A stretch of DNA of 64,000 nt from Eledone cirrhosa (GCA_964016885.1 OZ024742.1:366234001-366298000); one strand, 5' to 3'; numbered from the stretch's first letter, positions 1-16,810 are shown. Notes: generated by a model from the letters alone, not told the origin. Numbers and translations are program-made.

Positions 1-195
1 AATCGGTAGAGTGTCGGCCACCATGCTTTGCGGCATAGAGTTGTCTTCTTTTATGTTCTGAGTTGAAATTCCGCCGAGGTTAAAATTACTTTTCATCCTT
101 ACTATGTCGATAAAATAAAGCACCAGTAATGCACTGAGGTCGATTCATTTGACTGTCTCCTACCCCCTAAATCGTTGGCCTTGTGCTAAAAGTAG

Positions 196-198
<3 letters not shown>
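1..198 (+). mobile_element. tRNA-derived SINE, family 1 (cut by window edge)
   Basis: Degenerate copy of the family-1 unit: ATCGGTAGAG (A-box-like), GAGTTGAAATTCC (B-box-like), ...TTTCATCCTT...GTCGATAAAATAAAG...GGCCTTGTGC...AGTAGAAA. Confidence 0.8.
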
Positions 199-255
<57 letters not shown>

Positions 256-388
256 CCACCATCACCACCGCCATCATCACCATCATCATCATCATCACCA
301 TCATCATCATCACCACCATCACCACCGCCATCATCACCATCATCATCATCATCACTATCATCATCACCACCACCACCCCACCATCATT

Positions 389-422
<34 letters not shown>

Positions 423-454
423 CCATCATCATCATCACCACCACCACCATCATT

Positions 455-506
<52 letters not shown>

Positions 507-534
507 CCATCACCACCACCACCATCATCACCAC

Positions 535-585
<51 letters not shown>

Positions 586-645
586 CATCATCATCACCAC
601 CATCACCATCACCATCACCATCACCATCACCATCATCATCATCAC
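199..645. repeat. (CAT/CAC)n trinucleotide microsatellite
   Basis: Seen directly; explains the poly-H/I/S/D ORFs. Confidence 0.97.
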
Positions 646-881
646 AACCACGTCCATTGATCTTGTGAAAGAAATTAACCTGAAGAATGTAAAGTACCAG
701 AAGCCAGAACCTTTCTAGAATGAAGTGAAGTGGAAATAGAAATAAGAGGTCGGCCAGTGTTTTAACATTGCCCTCTATTGTCAGGGGAATGGAGCAGATC
801 TGCTTCAGATCCTTAACCCAACATTTCAAGTAGCACTCCAGTGTTCTTTATTGGACTTATGCTAGTGGGGGTGGGGATACC

Positions 882-2170
882 TGGCTTTGTGGCGAATTGG
901 TTGAGAGACACATGGTTTTGTGGTTGATTGGTTGAGAGACACGTGGTTTTGTGGTGGATTGGTTGAGAGACACGTGACTTTGTGGCGAATTGGTTGAGAG
1001 ACACGTGGTTTTGTGGTTGATTGGTTGAGAGACACGTGGTTTTGTGGTGGATTGGTTGAGAGACACGTGACTTTGTGGCGAATTGGTTGAGAGACACGTG
1101 GTTTTGTGGTTGATTGATTGAGAGACACGTGGTTTTGTGGTGGATTGGTTGAGAGACACGTGACTTTGTGGCGAATTGGTTGAGAGACACGTGGTTTTGT
1201 GGTTGATTGATTGAGAGACACGTGGTTTTGTGGTGGATTGGTTGAGAGACACGTGACTTTGTTGTGAATTGGTTGAGAGACACGTGACTTTGTGGCGAAT
1301 TGGTTGAGAGACACGTGGTTTTGTGGTTGATTGATTGAGAGACACGTGGTTTTGTGGTGGATTGGTTGAGAGACACGTGACTTTGTTGTGAATTGGTTGA
1401 GAGACACGTGACTTTGTGGCGAATTGGTTGAGAGACACGTGGTTTTGTGGTGGATTGGTTGAGAGACACGTGACTTTGTTGTGAATTGGTTGAGAGACAC
1501 GTGACTTTGTGGCGAATTGGTTGAGAGACACGTGGTTTTGTGGTGGATTGGTTGAGAGACACGTGACTTTATGGTTGATTGATTGGTTGAGAGACACGTA
1601 GCTTTGTGGTTGATTGGTTGAGAAACACGTGACTTTGTGGTTGATTGGCTGAGAGACACGTGGCTTTGCGGTTGATTGGTTGGTTGAGAGACACGTGGCT
1701 TTGTGGTTGATTGATTGGTTGAGAGACACGTGGCTTTGTGGTTGATTGGCTGAGAGACACGTGACTTTGTGGTTGATTGGCTGAGAGACACGTGGCTTTG
1801 CGGTTGATTGGTTGGTTGAGAGACACGTGGTTTTGTGGTTGATTGATTGGTTGAGAGACACGTGGCTTTGTGGTTGATTGGCTGAGAGACACGTGACTTT
1901 GTGGTTGATTGGCTGAGAGACACGTGGCTTTGTGGTTGATTGATTGGTTGAGAGACACGTGGTTTTGTGGTTGATTGATTGGTTGAGAGACACGTGACTT
2001 TGTGGTTGATTGGCTGAGAGACACGTGACTTTGTGGTTGATTGGTTGAGAAACACGTGACTTTGTGGTTGATTGGTTGAGAAACACGTGACTTTGTGGTT
2101 GATTGGTTGAGAGACACGTGACTTTGTGGTTGATTGGTTGAGAAACACGTGACTTTGTGGTTGATTGAGA
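882..2170. repeat. 31-35 bp minisatellite (TTTGTGGTTGATTGGTTGAGAGACACGTG(A/G)C), about 40 units
   Basis: Direct tandem periodicity; nearly every unit contains CACGTG and ATTGG. Confidence 0.95.
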
Positions 2171-2590
2171 GTCGTAAAGTCATGAGTAGGATTCGGGTGA
2201 TGCGAGGAACCCTTGAGCAAGACACTTCTCTTTGCTCTAGTCCACTCGGAAACAATAATTGTTTCTATTTTAGGCACAAGGCCAGCAATTACCCAGTACA
2301 TTACTGGTACTTTTATTTTATCGACCCCGTAAGGATGAAAGGCAAAGTTAACCTCGGCGGGATTTGAACTCAGACTGTAAAGGGACGTAACTGTGCTAGA
2401 AAGCATGGCGTCCAACCGTCTACCGATGCTGTCAATTAAACAATAATGAGTTGTATCAGTAATTCAAAGGGCCAGTTTCGTCACATTCTATGTCACATTC
2501 TCTGTTACACTGAATCTCCCTGAGAACTCGGCTAATGTTACACGGACATGTGGAATGCATACAATGTGACAAAACTGATCGATTGATTAC
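2170..2590 (+). mobile_element. CORE-like SINE (family 2) interrupted by a family-1 SINE
   Basis: CCTTGAGCAAGACACTT (CORE-like) at ~2211. The body appears to resume after 2447. AAACAATAAT is repeated on both sides of the inserted SINE (2250-2259, 2438-2447), consistent with a TSD. Confidence 0.55.
2254..2435 (-). mobile_element. tRNA-derived SINE, family 1
   Basis: Reverse complement of the copy at 12180-12362. Confidence 0.9.
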
Positions 2591-2642
2591 ATCGGACATC
2601 CATACATTTTCTGTCTATCGTCACTGATTTGAAACCGATGCC

Positions 2643-2700
2643 TGTGGTAACATTGTATGGTGGCACAGTGGCGCCATAGACTGTGGTTACATTGTATGGT
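2643..2700. repeat. 36-39 bp minisatellite, left remnant (TGTGGTAACATTGTATGGTGGCACAGTGG...)
   Basis: Same unit as the array at 3648-3873. Confidence 0.85.
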
Positions 2701-2839
2701 GAGAAGAAATAGCCGTCGAAACGGCTTAAGCTGTGCCGTCGGGGTCATACTTTTTCCTATTACCCACTCTACTACCCTAAGTATTGAGTACTCTGGTGCG
2801 TTATGGTCCATCTGGTTCCTTTTCCCACAATCCCTTCGT

Positions 2840-2841
<2 letters not shown>
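2700..2841 (+). mobile_element. family A pLTR-like element, long end; HHR stem II collapsed
   Basis: TGAGAAGA-AATAGCCGTC-GAAACGGC...GTCGGGGT plus 3' extension, ending in (TA)n; homologous to 30050-30232. Confidence 0.8.
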
Positions 2842-2921
<80 letters not shown>

Positions 2922-2924
<3 letters not shown>

Positions 2925-3068
2925 CGAAGGAAATGTGGTAAGGAACCAGGTGGACCATAACGCACCAAAGTACTCAATACTTGGGGTAGTAGAGTGGGTA
3001 GTAGAGTGGGTAATAGGAACCAGTAAGACCCCGACGGCTTGAGCTCAGCCGTCGGGGTCTTACTGGTT

Positions 3069-3072
<4 letters not shown>
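2922..3072. mobile_element. family A fold-back element hinged on the palindromic HHR loop III (TGAGCTCA)
   Basis: Arms TAGGAACCAGTAAGACCCCGACGGCT / AGCCGTCGGGGTCTTACTGGTTCCTA; extension on the left only; (TA)n on both sides. Confidence 0.9.
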
Positions 3073-3111
<39 letters not shown>

Positions 3112-3266
3112 GTTATATATAGAGTTATAAACTCAAAATAGTCTTTTACAATTCATTTTTAGCGGCACGAGTATGGGACGAGCTAGGGGCTGTACACATG
3201 TGCGTTCAACAAAAAAAATTCTCTCAGTCTTCTTAAGTATTTTGAAGTGAAACTTACCAATATCTG

Positions 3267-3343
3267 GATACCCGCAGAAGAGCACAGGAATAGGAACTTT
3301 CACTTAATTGTTGTGAAACAAATTTAAAATTTGTCCGGGTATC
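3267..3343 (+). ncRNA. type I hammerhead ribozyme motif (core variant CAGAAGA)
   Basis: GATACCCG-CAGAAGA-stem II-GAAA-CAAATTTAAAATTTG-TC^CGGGTATC; 8 bp stem I, long stem III, GUC site; U4 replaced by A. Confidence 0.75.
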
Positions 3344-3497
3344 ACGGCTATTGCCAATATAGGTTTGTTTTTATTGATTTATTATTTTAAATCGAGACAG
3401 GCAAACCGTATTATTCTAATTAGTATTTTACAATCTAGCTAACTTGGTCATTTGCAATGCGAACACATGTATACTTGTATCACTGTTTAACCCTATC

Positions 3498-3540
<43 letters not shown>

Positions 3541-3647
3541 TATATATATAGTATATTTGGCAATATGCTGTATGCTTAATTAAAAACATTTTGAGGACCA
3601 TGCGCTATTATTTTAAAGTAGTGACTGTGTCACTTACTTCTTTTTTC

Positions 3648-3873
3648 AACATTGTATGGTGGCACAGTGTGGCCATTGACTGTGGTAACATTGTATGGTG
3701 GCACAGTGGGACCATAGACTGTGGTAACATTGTATGGTGGCACAGTGGGACCATATACAGTGGTAACATTGTATGGTGGCACAGTGGGACCATATACAGT
3801 GGTAACATTGTATGGTGGCACAGTGGGACCATATACAGTTGTAACATTGTATGGTGGCACAGTGGGACCATAC
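3648..3873. repeat. 39 bp minisatellite, about 6 units
   Basis: Direct tandem GTGGTAACATTGTATGGTGGCACAGTGGGACCATATACA. Confidence 0.95.
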
Positions 3874-4198
3874 ACGATACCTTATCTTTATCAAGCTTAT
3901 ATCCACATCCATGCTTGTCCCTTTAACTCCTGGTGGTGTCAGGGAACCGTCATAATATATAACGTCTCTTGGGCATTTAAACCTGGCCGGGACAAACCCC
4001 ATTTCTTCAGTAGATAGTGATAGGAGAAAGAGAAAAAGAGGAAAATCGCCAGCAGTACTTTATCTTCATTTTTGATCAGCGAAATGATGAAAGTGAAAAT
4101 TAACCTTGGCGAGATTTGAACGTGGAATAGAGAGACGGAAAGAATCCAACAAAGCATTCCATTCCAATTTTCTAATGACCCTGACAAATATATATATA

Positions 4199-4276
<78 letters not shown>

Positions 4277-4679
4277 ACAAAATTAAAATCCTTAAACATC
4301 CAGTATAGCAGCGTCTGCCCCTCCGCCCCCACCCTTTGCTCCAGAATATGTAGAATATTTAACATGGTTTCTTCCCAAGAATAAAGGTGAGGGGAGAAGC
4401 GGACAGATTAAGGTGAAGGATGGAAAATTGCTCGTTACCTTTAAAAACACAACAGCAACAACAACAACAACAATAAAACAAATCTGACATATTAAATAAA
4501 AAGAGCAATCAATAAATTAATAGAAATAGATTTGGAAATGTAATTTGTTATTAATTCTGTGAATCGGTGAATTGTTCTTCGTTCCTTAACAAGCCACATC
4601 GTTGTAAAATGGCGTTTAACTACATTATATTTCACAAGTTAAATTCCTCAGTTTTTTTTCTCATACTAACACACCAACA

Positions 4680-5915
<1,236 letters not shown>

Positions 5916-6029
5916 AAAACCAGGTTCTGCCACTCATTTTTTTTATGAAAAAAAAGAAGATGAGAATGTATGAAGGAATCTTTGCAGAACATTCCAAGAA
6001 ATTCAAAATTCCTTCTTCCCCACCACCTT

Positions 6030-7165
6030 CATTTACATACACATTTACATACACATTTACATACACATTTACATACACATTTACATACACATTTACATAC
6101 ACAATCTCATACACATTTACATACACATTTACATACACAATCTCATACACATTTACATACACATTTACATACACAATCTCATACACATTTACATACACAT
6201 TTACATACACAATTTCATACACATTTACATACACATTTACATACACATTTACATACACATTTACATACACATTTACATACACATTTACATACACAATCTC
6301 ATACACATTTACATACACATTTACATACACAATCTCATACACATTTACATACACATTTACATACACATTTACATACACATTTACATACACATTTACATAC
6401 ACATTTACATACACATTTACATACACATTTACATACACAATTTCATACACATTTACATACACATTTACATACACATTTACATACACATTTACATACACAT
6501 TTACATACACATTTACATACACAATCTCATACACATTTACATACACATTTACATACACATTTACATACACATTTACATACACATTTACATACACAATTTC
6601 ATACACATTTACATACACATTTACATACACATTTACATACACATTTACATACACAATTTCATACACAATTTCATACACATTTACATACACATTTACATAC
6701 ACATTTACATACACAATTACATACACATTTACATACACATTTACATACACAATCTCATACACATTTACATACACATTTACATACACATTTACATACACAT
6801 TTACATACACATTTACATACACAATTTCATACACAATTTCATACACATTTACATACATAATTTGATACACATTTACATACACAATTACATACACATTTAC
6901 ATACACATTTACATACACATTTACATACATAATTTGATACACAATTTCACACACATTTACATACACAATTTGTCACGCATTGATATACACAATTTCATAC
7001 ACATTGATATACACAATTCCACACACATTTACACACACTTTCATACACATTTTAATACACAATTTCATACACATTGATATACACAATTCCACACACATTT
7101 ACACACACTTTCATACACATTTTAATACACAATTCCATACACAATTTCGCACATATTTACATACA
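6030..7165. repeat. 12 bp satellite (ACATTTACATAC)n with ACAATCTCATAC/ACAATTTCATAC variants, decaying toward the 3' end
   Basis: Direct periodicity; source of the TFTY/HLHT ORFs. Confidence 0.97.
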
Positions 7166-7590
7166 GACTTTCACATGTTTCCCCACATATTTCTCTCTTC
7201 ACTCCTTATGTGCATGTATGATTTATTACTGCAGATTATTAGCAGAGAAAGATTATGCTGAAATAACTATTTCTCATCTTTTTATATTCTTCTAACAGTT
7301 TTTTTTCTTTCTTTTATCTCTTATAATTTGTAGATTAATTCTTAAATATTCCAGATGTTGGTATAAATAAATGAACAGAAATATGAGATAAAACACACAA
7401 CATAAAGACACATCTTTGAAATAGTCTAATGGTGTTTGCTTTGATATCTTGGCTTGGTTGTATTTTTAATTAATGTCTTCTAGGATATGATTTAAATTAA
7501 ACAAAAGAAAAACTACAGTTACAACAGACAACAAAGAACAGCCACTGAATCATAATTATTATACTAATAATAATGATAATGATGATAATG

Positions 7591-7658
<68 letters not shown>

Positions 7659-7707
7659 TATATATACACACATATATATATACATATATACATACACACA
7701 CGCATAC

Positions 7708-7791
<84 letters not shown>

Positions 7792-8040
7792 GATATGATA
7801 TGATATTACATTTGAAATAAATCACCATCCAAATTAATTAAGATGATTCTTGTGAAAAATAAAAGGAAAAACTTGTGTTTTCCACGCTTGTATAAAGATT
7901 GGAATCTAAGCCATTACAGATATCTGTCTGTTTTTGTCTCAGGTTAAGATTCATTTTGGGAATAATTTCGGAATATTTCTAAAGAGGAATGGATCGCCAC
8001 TTGATTAGAGAGGCGAATATTAACACCCCACACACATATA

Positions 8041-8117
<77 letters not shown>

Positions 8118-8326
8118 TCTACATAGCAATAGCAGCTACAAGTATAAATATAAAAAATGTACACACACATATATACATATACACATACGCATATACATAC
8201 ACGCATGCACACAAACACCCTTATGCATGTACATATAGGAATGAAAATCACGTCCTTATGATTGCAAACCGAACCCCCTAACCACTAAGACACGTGCCTT
8301 CACAAAGACATATATACATACACACA

Positions 8327-10200
<1,874 letters not shown>

Positions 10201-10630
10201 CTGACAACCTGGCCAGTCCGCCACTGTACACACACACAGAAATACACGTATCTGTGTGAGGTTAACCCGAAATATTTTTTCCTGTTTTATATTATCTCTA
10301 GTGTTAGTTTTTAATTTTACAATAATTCTATAGATATTTCATGTTTTATCAAGCTTTTCTCTGGTGTTGTATAAGGCTCCTGTACCAACCTTGGTTTTTA
10401 TATAACTTTGTCTAGTCCCATGTCGATTGTAATATTTATGTTTATAATATTTACTGTTTTCTATGTGCAAACTATCGTGGCAAATAAAAAGGGATGAAGA
10501 ACCCCTTCAATCACGAATGACCATGAGTTTTGCACCTGGAAATTCCCCTCTGAGAGACATGCCTCGGCAAGGGGATTTTGTCGAAGACGAGAAATCACTC
10601 TCCCGGCAAATGTCGATACAGCTAGGCACC

Positions 10631-12010
10631 ATAATAATAATAATAATAATGAAATATTGTGTACAGTGCTCAGGTGCACTACAACTCATCAAAAAGTGTA
10701 TGTATAGTACATAGGGTAATGTACAAACGCCAGGAAAATGAACAGTGCATGAGTCATGATATACACATGTGTGCATGTGTATGGAAGGGGTACATCAGGT
10801 GTAGTTTTGGCGTATTTCGGGAAGTATGAGGGTTTTAAAGGATGCAGTGTCTCGGCAGCTAACAACTGACGCAGGCATTTGTTCCATGCTTCAGCAACTC
10901 TGAGCGTGAAAAAATGTTTACGAAAGTCATGGGAACTGTGCTGTTTTCTGATTTTGTAGGCATGTCCACGTGTGTTAGACACATGGAGATCAAAAAGTTG
11001 CTCAGGGTTGTTGTTGGCGTGATGGTTAATAACTTTGTGGGTGTTTACCAAGTCCATTGTCAGACGTCGGAACTTCAATGAATCCATGCCCAGGGAAGCA
11101 AGGCGTTTAGAATATGGTAGGTGTCTGATGGAGGGTATGGGCTTGGTTGCACGTCTCTGAACAGTTTCCAGGAGGTCAATGTTCTGAGTAAGATAGGGGT
11201 TCCAAACTGATGATGCGAATTCCAAGTGTGGTCGTACCATAGCTGTATACAGCTTTAAATAGATGGCTGGAGAGCGGCTAATAAAGGTCTTGCTGAGTGA
11301 TGCCAAGACACCCTCGGCCTTCTTGACAATCTTAGAGACATGCTTTGTCCAACGCAAATCGCTGCTGACAGTAATGCCCAGGTCACGTTCACAAGAGGAC
11401 TTCTTGATATCAGTGTTGTGGAGGGAGTATGTGGACGCTGCATTTTCCCTCCCAAAATGCATGGTGGTACACTTGTCCACAGCCAGCTTCAGTTGCCAGT
11501 CTGTTATCCATTGCTGCATTGTGTCCACGTCTGATTGTAGGAAAGAGTTATAGATTTCAGGATCAGTCCTTTTGATTTCAAGGTACAGCTTGATGTCATC
11601 TGCATATTTCAGTACCGTGGCATTCTTTAAGTTGGCATCTATGTCATTAATATATGCCACAAACAAAAAGGGACTAAGAACAGATCCATGTGTTACACCA
11701 GATCACATCTCATGAGCCGCTGTCAGTGATCCGGGTAATGTCTTCAAGGAACTGGATAAGCTGATCACAGCAGCTGGAGTTAGGGATAAATCCAAACTGC
11801 GAGGGCCGGATAAGGCTGTGAGAGCTCCAGAAGTTCCAAAGTGTTTCTCTGACACAGGATTCCATCAGGTTGGCAATACTGCTAGTAAGACTGACTGGAC
11901 GATAGTTGACAGGTGACATGCGGTTGCCCTTTTTGAACAGGGGAATGACACTGACAGTTTTCCACTGCTCCGGAGTAGCACCATTGTTGAGACAGTATTG
12001 AGAGTGACGT
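10631..12010 (-). mobile_element. CR1-like LINE fragment (RT pseudogene, 5'-truncated, internally deleted) with (TTA)n tail
   Basis: ORF 11710-12015 has WK..VIPLFKKG..NYRPVSLTS..QFGF. ORF 10689-11666 has YINDI..KYADDIKLY..ERDLG..VRPHLEFASSVWNPY..TRGH..FF..RV..WN. The segment carrying the DFSKAFD-type motif is missing at the ~11710 junction. Confidence 0.92.
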
Positions 12011-12017
12011 CGCATAT

Positions 12018-12143
12018 CATTTCTACAGCTGAGTGACCAGGAGCAATGTGATAAAGAGTCCTGCTCAAAGTTACAACACAGCGTCTGTTCTGGGAATCGA
12101 ACTCACATTGTGAATCCAACTCTCTAGCTACTAAGCCATGCAA
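12018..12143 (-). mobile_element. tRNA head plus CORE-like SINE (family 2) fragment abutting the LINE 5' end
   Basis: Minus strand GCATGGCTTAGTAG...GAGTTCGATTCCC...TTGAGCAGGAC...CTCAGCTGTAGAAATG; homologous to 36358-36500. Confidence 0.75.
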
Positions 12144-12179
12144 CTTCAATCTGACTCATGAAGAAGTCATTATTATGTT

Positions 12180-12362
12180 TGGCAGTATCGGTAGAGGGTC
12201 GGACGCCATGCTTTGCAGCACAGTTACGTCCCTTTACGGACTGAGTTCAAATCCCGCCGAGGTAAACTTTGCCTTTCATCCTTACGGGGTCGATAATATA
12301 AAGTACCAGTAATACACTGGGATAATTGTTGGCCTTGTGCCAAATGTAGAAACAATTATTAT
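12180..12362 (+). mobile_element. tRNA-derived SINE, family 1 (an older degenerate copy follows to ~12570)
   Basis: GGCAGTATCGGTAGAG...GAGTTCAAATCCCGCCGAGG...GTAGAAACAATTATT. Confidence 0.92.
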
Positions 12363-13102
12363 GTTTGGCTAAATTGTTAAAGCGTCAGTATTTCATGGTG
12401 ACATTTGTTCTGCCTCTTTACGTCCCGAGTTCAACTCATGCTGAGATCAACCCTGCTTTCTGTCCTTCTGGCTTCGGTAATATATAAAATAATGGTAAAG
12501 TGCTGCGGCTGACATAAACGACACCCCACCACAGTTGCTGGTCTTGTGCCTCAACCAGAAACCATTCATATTTTATAATCATATTTATTATGCATTTTTC
12601 TCACCACCATCCTCGTCTTAAACAATTGTTCTCATAATAAGCTAGAGCTGTCTCCTCACCCGCGTTACCTTATCTCACAACAATAATATTACCTCATTTC
12701 CTAGAGAGTTTATGAGCTTTTTTTAATTAAATATACCATCTAGTTTATATATATATGTACATCTGTGTAATTTTGTGTGTATGTATATATGTATATATGT
12801 ACAGCTGTGTAATTTTGTGTGTATGTATATATGTATATATGTACATCTGTGTAATTTTGTGTGTATGTATATATATATATATGCATGAATAGACATAGAT
12901 ATAGACATTGATATACATAGACACCCTCCCTAAACTACACACACACACACTCTCCCCCCTCACTCTTCCTCTAAATCTCCTCTCTCTCGCAGCTGAGATT
13001 GTAATTAATTTCAGTCTACAGAAGCCACTATTGTTGTATATTAATTAAAAAATTCTCTGTGAGCAAATTTCATTATATGTTCTCTTCTCTCTCTCTCTCT
13101 TT

Positions 13103-13155
<53 letters not shown>

Positions 13156-15178
13156 GTTTAAGCTCCATAACCAGCTTTGGTATTCATAATTGTTGCCCAA
13201 CTTTTGTACGTAGCTCTCTATTTTGGGGGACTTCACTCTATTTTGAGCTCAATTCTCTACTGTCTCTGATACTTGGCAAAACAGGAAAGTAGAGGAAAGA
13301 AAAGGAAGGAGCCGATCATCAGATCAGACCAATGTAAGAATATTTCCATTTGTCTTTCCATTATTGATGCTATCTACCGCAATTCCTAGCGAGAGGAGGT
13401 GGGATTCAAACACAAAAGACACACAGCCACCAGATCTCAACTATTTCTGATACCTGGCAAAAAAGAAAAGGAAAAGAAAAGAGCCAATTTTTAATTCGGA
13501 CCAAAGAAACAATATTTCTATTGATCTTTCCATGACTGACAATGTCTGTCGAGGCGACGAATTAACAGATTCGTTAAAATGTCAGAGTGATTTATATTAT
13601 TCTGTTCAGCTCTTTGCACTCTAAGTTCAAATTCGCATTTCATTCTTTCGACGTCGATAACTAGAATACCAGTCAACTACTGGGGTGGATTCTTTCTCCA
13701 TCTCACTCACTTTCTATATCTCTCCCCTTTTCACTGGAAGAAGTCACCTGTGTTCGAACCTGAAGACGGAGGGTCTCTGTTCAGATTAAATATCCCACAG
13801 GAAGTCAGGGCCCATGATGGATGTATCTACAGTTGACCACTCCTGACAGAATGTGGTGTATTTTGAATTCAGAATACACAAAGCCGGATTAGATACTGCA
13901 AAGTCTGATTGTGTAACAATTCTGTCAATACACAGTTCTGGGACTTCTACTTAATTTATCGACACCGCCAAAGTAATTTAATAGAATTCGAACTCAGACC
14001 GTAAAGAGATGGAATACCAGAAAGTATTTTGTTTAAAGTTGTAATATTCCACCAATCCAGTATTTGATTGGTGTTATATTTTAATAATCTTGGAAGACTG
14101 GGGTTTAAACTCAAAATATAAAGAGCAGGAATTAAATGCCGTGGCAAAACTCCTTACAAAATCTGATTATTAAACATTGAAACAATAATTAAAGTCCAAA
14201 GCGAGTCAATTAACACACATGTCGTTATGAATTGTAATGAGCAACATAGTCAAATTACCATGAATTTAAATGATGACATGAATTTTAAAATAATTATGAA
14301 GTACAACGACGACATTCAACAGAGACTGTCCAGGGTTATCAATAATACAGATTAATGTACTACAGCAGGATACAAAGACAATGTTTTAGTCCTTTAACCC
14401 TTGATGGAAATATAGTAGCGCCGCCATGATAGAATGCGTATCATGGCCATTTTAAACCTGGTGGAGTCCATCACGGACCAGGCTAGGACGAAGGTATTTT
14501 CTTCTAGAAAAAGGAAACGAGAGAGTGGAGGAGAGAAATTGATAAAGAGAGATAGAGGAAGAACCAACCTCAGTTCAGGACTGGTATTTTATTTACCGTC
14601 CTCGAAAGGATAAAATACAAAGGTAATATCGGCAGATATTGAAATCTTTTTTCTCTCTCCCCGTCTTCTTTTTATCCTTTGTGTTAGAATTGGAGAGGAG
14701 GTGGGCTCTGTCAGGTGTTAAATGCCCCAGACCCGCCGTGTGTTAAATAGTCACCCCTACGTCTCTGTTAGAAGTCAAATGATCTTTAATTCATTTTTTC
14801 TGTAGTTACTTGGGCAACGCAGGATCCAACATTTGTCATTAAGCTTTAGAATGTAATACACTACCATAGCAATTACTGTATATTCCTGGTGACAAAGACA
14901 CTCCGACATCGTGAACGCTACCATACAATGAGTTGCTTAATTTTGAAAATTTAGGTTTAAGCCTATGACAAAAGTAATATTCGGCTTCCAAGAGACAGAG
15001 AAAATTCTCCAAAGATATTTTGGGAAAATAATATCATCTTTCACGCCGAGACATACACTTATTTAAAAACAGTGCCTTTATAGCCTAGAAACAATATTTA
15101 TCAATGTACACACACAATAAACTACTGACAATATACACACACAAAAATAATGAATACACATACATATTTACACATATG

Positions 15179-15211
<33 letters not shown>

Positions 15212-15323
15212 TATATTTATGGAAATGAGATCATGGGTACATATACTAAAGTAAAAAAGAAAATACCCATACAAATAGTCGTGTACATTCATACATACAA
15301 TCACACACACACACACGCCCACA

Positions 15324-15419
<96 letters not shown>

Positions 15420-15738
15420 CATATATATATACATACATATATACACATACATACGTGTGTATATATATGTATGAGATCATACGTATCTTATATGAGCACT
15501 TTGATATAGACTAGTAATAAGTGAAGCTGTGTCAACATTCAGATATCAACATTAAACATGACGAATATTTATTTATATATTCAGATTTTCAATTTCATAT
15601 CCATAAAAGGAAAATGTATTGCCTTATATATATAAATGTATATAGACATAATATTACATAGGTTTATATATATATATATATATATATAATATATTATATA
15701 TATATATTTATAGTATTATATATATATTTATATACAAT

Positions 15739-15819
<81 letters not shown>

Positions 15820-15823
<4 letters not shown>

Positions 15824-16160
15824 GGTTCTCTTCTTGCTCACATCTCACTCACGTCGGACGGTCTGTATTCGCTCGCTCATGAACTCCACCCAGATTATGC
15901 TGACCGGACAACCATGCTGCTTGTTTATTCCTATCTTTGCGTTGCTTTCATCCTTCTATGTTGTTTACTTGTCTCACTCGCTTTACGCGATTTACTTGTC
16001 CCAATAGCTTTATTTAGTTATTGCTCGCACCAACCTGAGGTATATGATTTTTAATGCGATGAAATATCAATGATGGTTGGAAAATCACTGACGAAGGACT
16101 ATTTTTATCATATGTAACCCATGTGCAACCACGCAGTATCTTCTTTCTTCTCATGTTTTT
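15820..16160 (+). mobile_element. family D element, diverged copy, (TA)n-flanked
   Basis: Homologous to the reverse complement of ~16864-17190. Confidence 0.75.
16025..16096 (+). ncRNA. rearranged (non-circularly permuted) hammerhead-like motif, family D
   Basis: AGGTAT-A^TGATTTT...GAAATATC...AAAATCA-CTGACGA; stem I covaries with the other two copies. Confidence 0.6.
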
Positions 16161-16181
16161 TATATATATATATATATATAC

Positions 16182-16222
<41 letters not shown>

Positions 16223-16227
<5 letters not shown>

Positions 16228-16806
16228 GTTATTCCGTGTTGAATCGGAGGTAACCACAGTAAGTAAGGTACTCAATACATAGCAGAGTATAACATTTTTT
16301 TGTAGATGAGATTCTACAGGACTAGAACTGTTTCATTCATTAGAAATCATCAGGAATCTGGCTATCAAAAAATAAGTATGGTATATATAGGTCTCTACAA
16401 GTGGTAGGAGAGGGTGGGGAGTGGGATGGGTGTAGGTCATTGGTTAATAGAATTAATTAAAAGTTAATTTTAGAGTAACAAAGGCAGAAAGAATTCTATA
16501 AACAGGTTCAGGATGGCATGCCAATCCTTATTATTAAGTTTCTCTTGAGCTAACAGGTGTCTATAAAATCAGTGGGGGTCAGTCATGGTAGACAGATTTA
16601 AAGGAAAGGGAGATCCTTTAAAAGCTAATTCTTTACTAAGTGACAAAGGTTTAGAATTCTGTAGACAAATTCAAAATATTGAGTGCATATCTTACTATTG
16701 TCCTCAAATTTCTCTTAAACTATTCAACTATATGCCAAAATCAACAGACACATTCACAAAACACACTCACTCACACACTCGCGCGCACCCATAGACACAC
16801 CCACAT

Positions 16807-16810
<4 letters not shown>
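16223..16810 (-). mobile_element. family B pLTR-like element (long end) with HHR
   Basis: Reverse-complement homolog of 30556-31087 plus a ~70 bp extension; TA-flanked. Confidence 0.88.
16309..16359 (-). ncRNA. type I hammerhead ribozyme motif, family B
   Basis: AGATTC-CTGATGA-TTTCTAATGAAT-GAAA-CAGTTCTAGTCCTG-TA^GAATCT. Confidence 0.88.

Noticed and set aside
882-2170. CRISPR-like array
   Set aside because: No unique spacers and no cas genes; eukaryotic tandem repeat. The same applies to 3648-3873 and 29592-29898.
149-2415. Long ORFs (poly-His/Asp; STNQPQSHVSLNQ repeats)
   Set aside because: They are translations of (CAT)n and a minisatellite, open in several frames, with no domain or splice evidence.
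10463-10630. Protein-like reading RDEEPLQSRMTMSFAPGNSP as a host exon
   Set aside because: No convincing splice sites; it looks more like an old repeat fragment next to the LINE tail.
12180-12260. tRNA genes at SINE heads
   Set aside because: A/B boxes are present but there is no cloverleaf, and each is attached to a SINE body.
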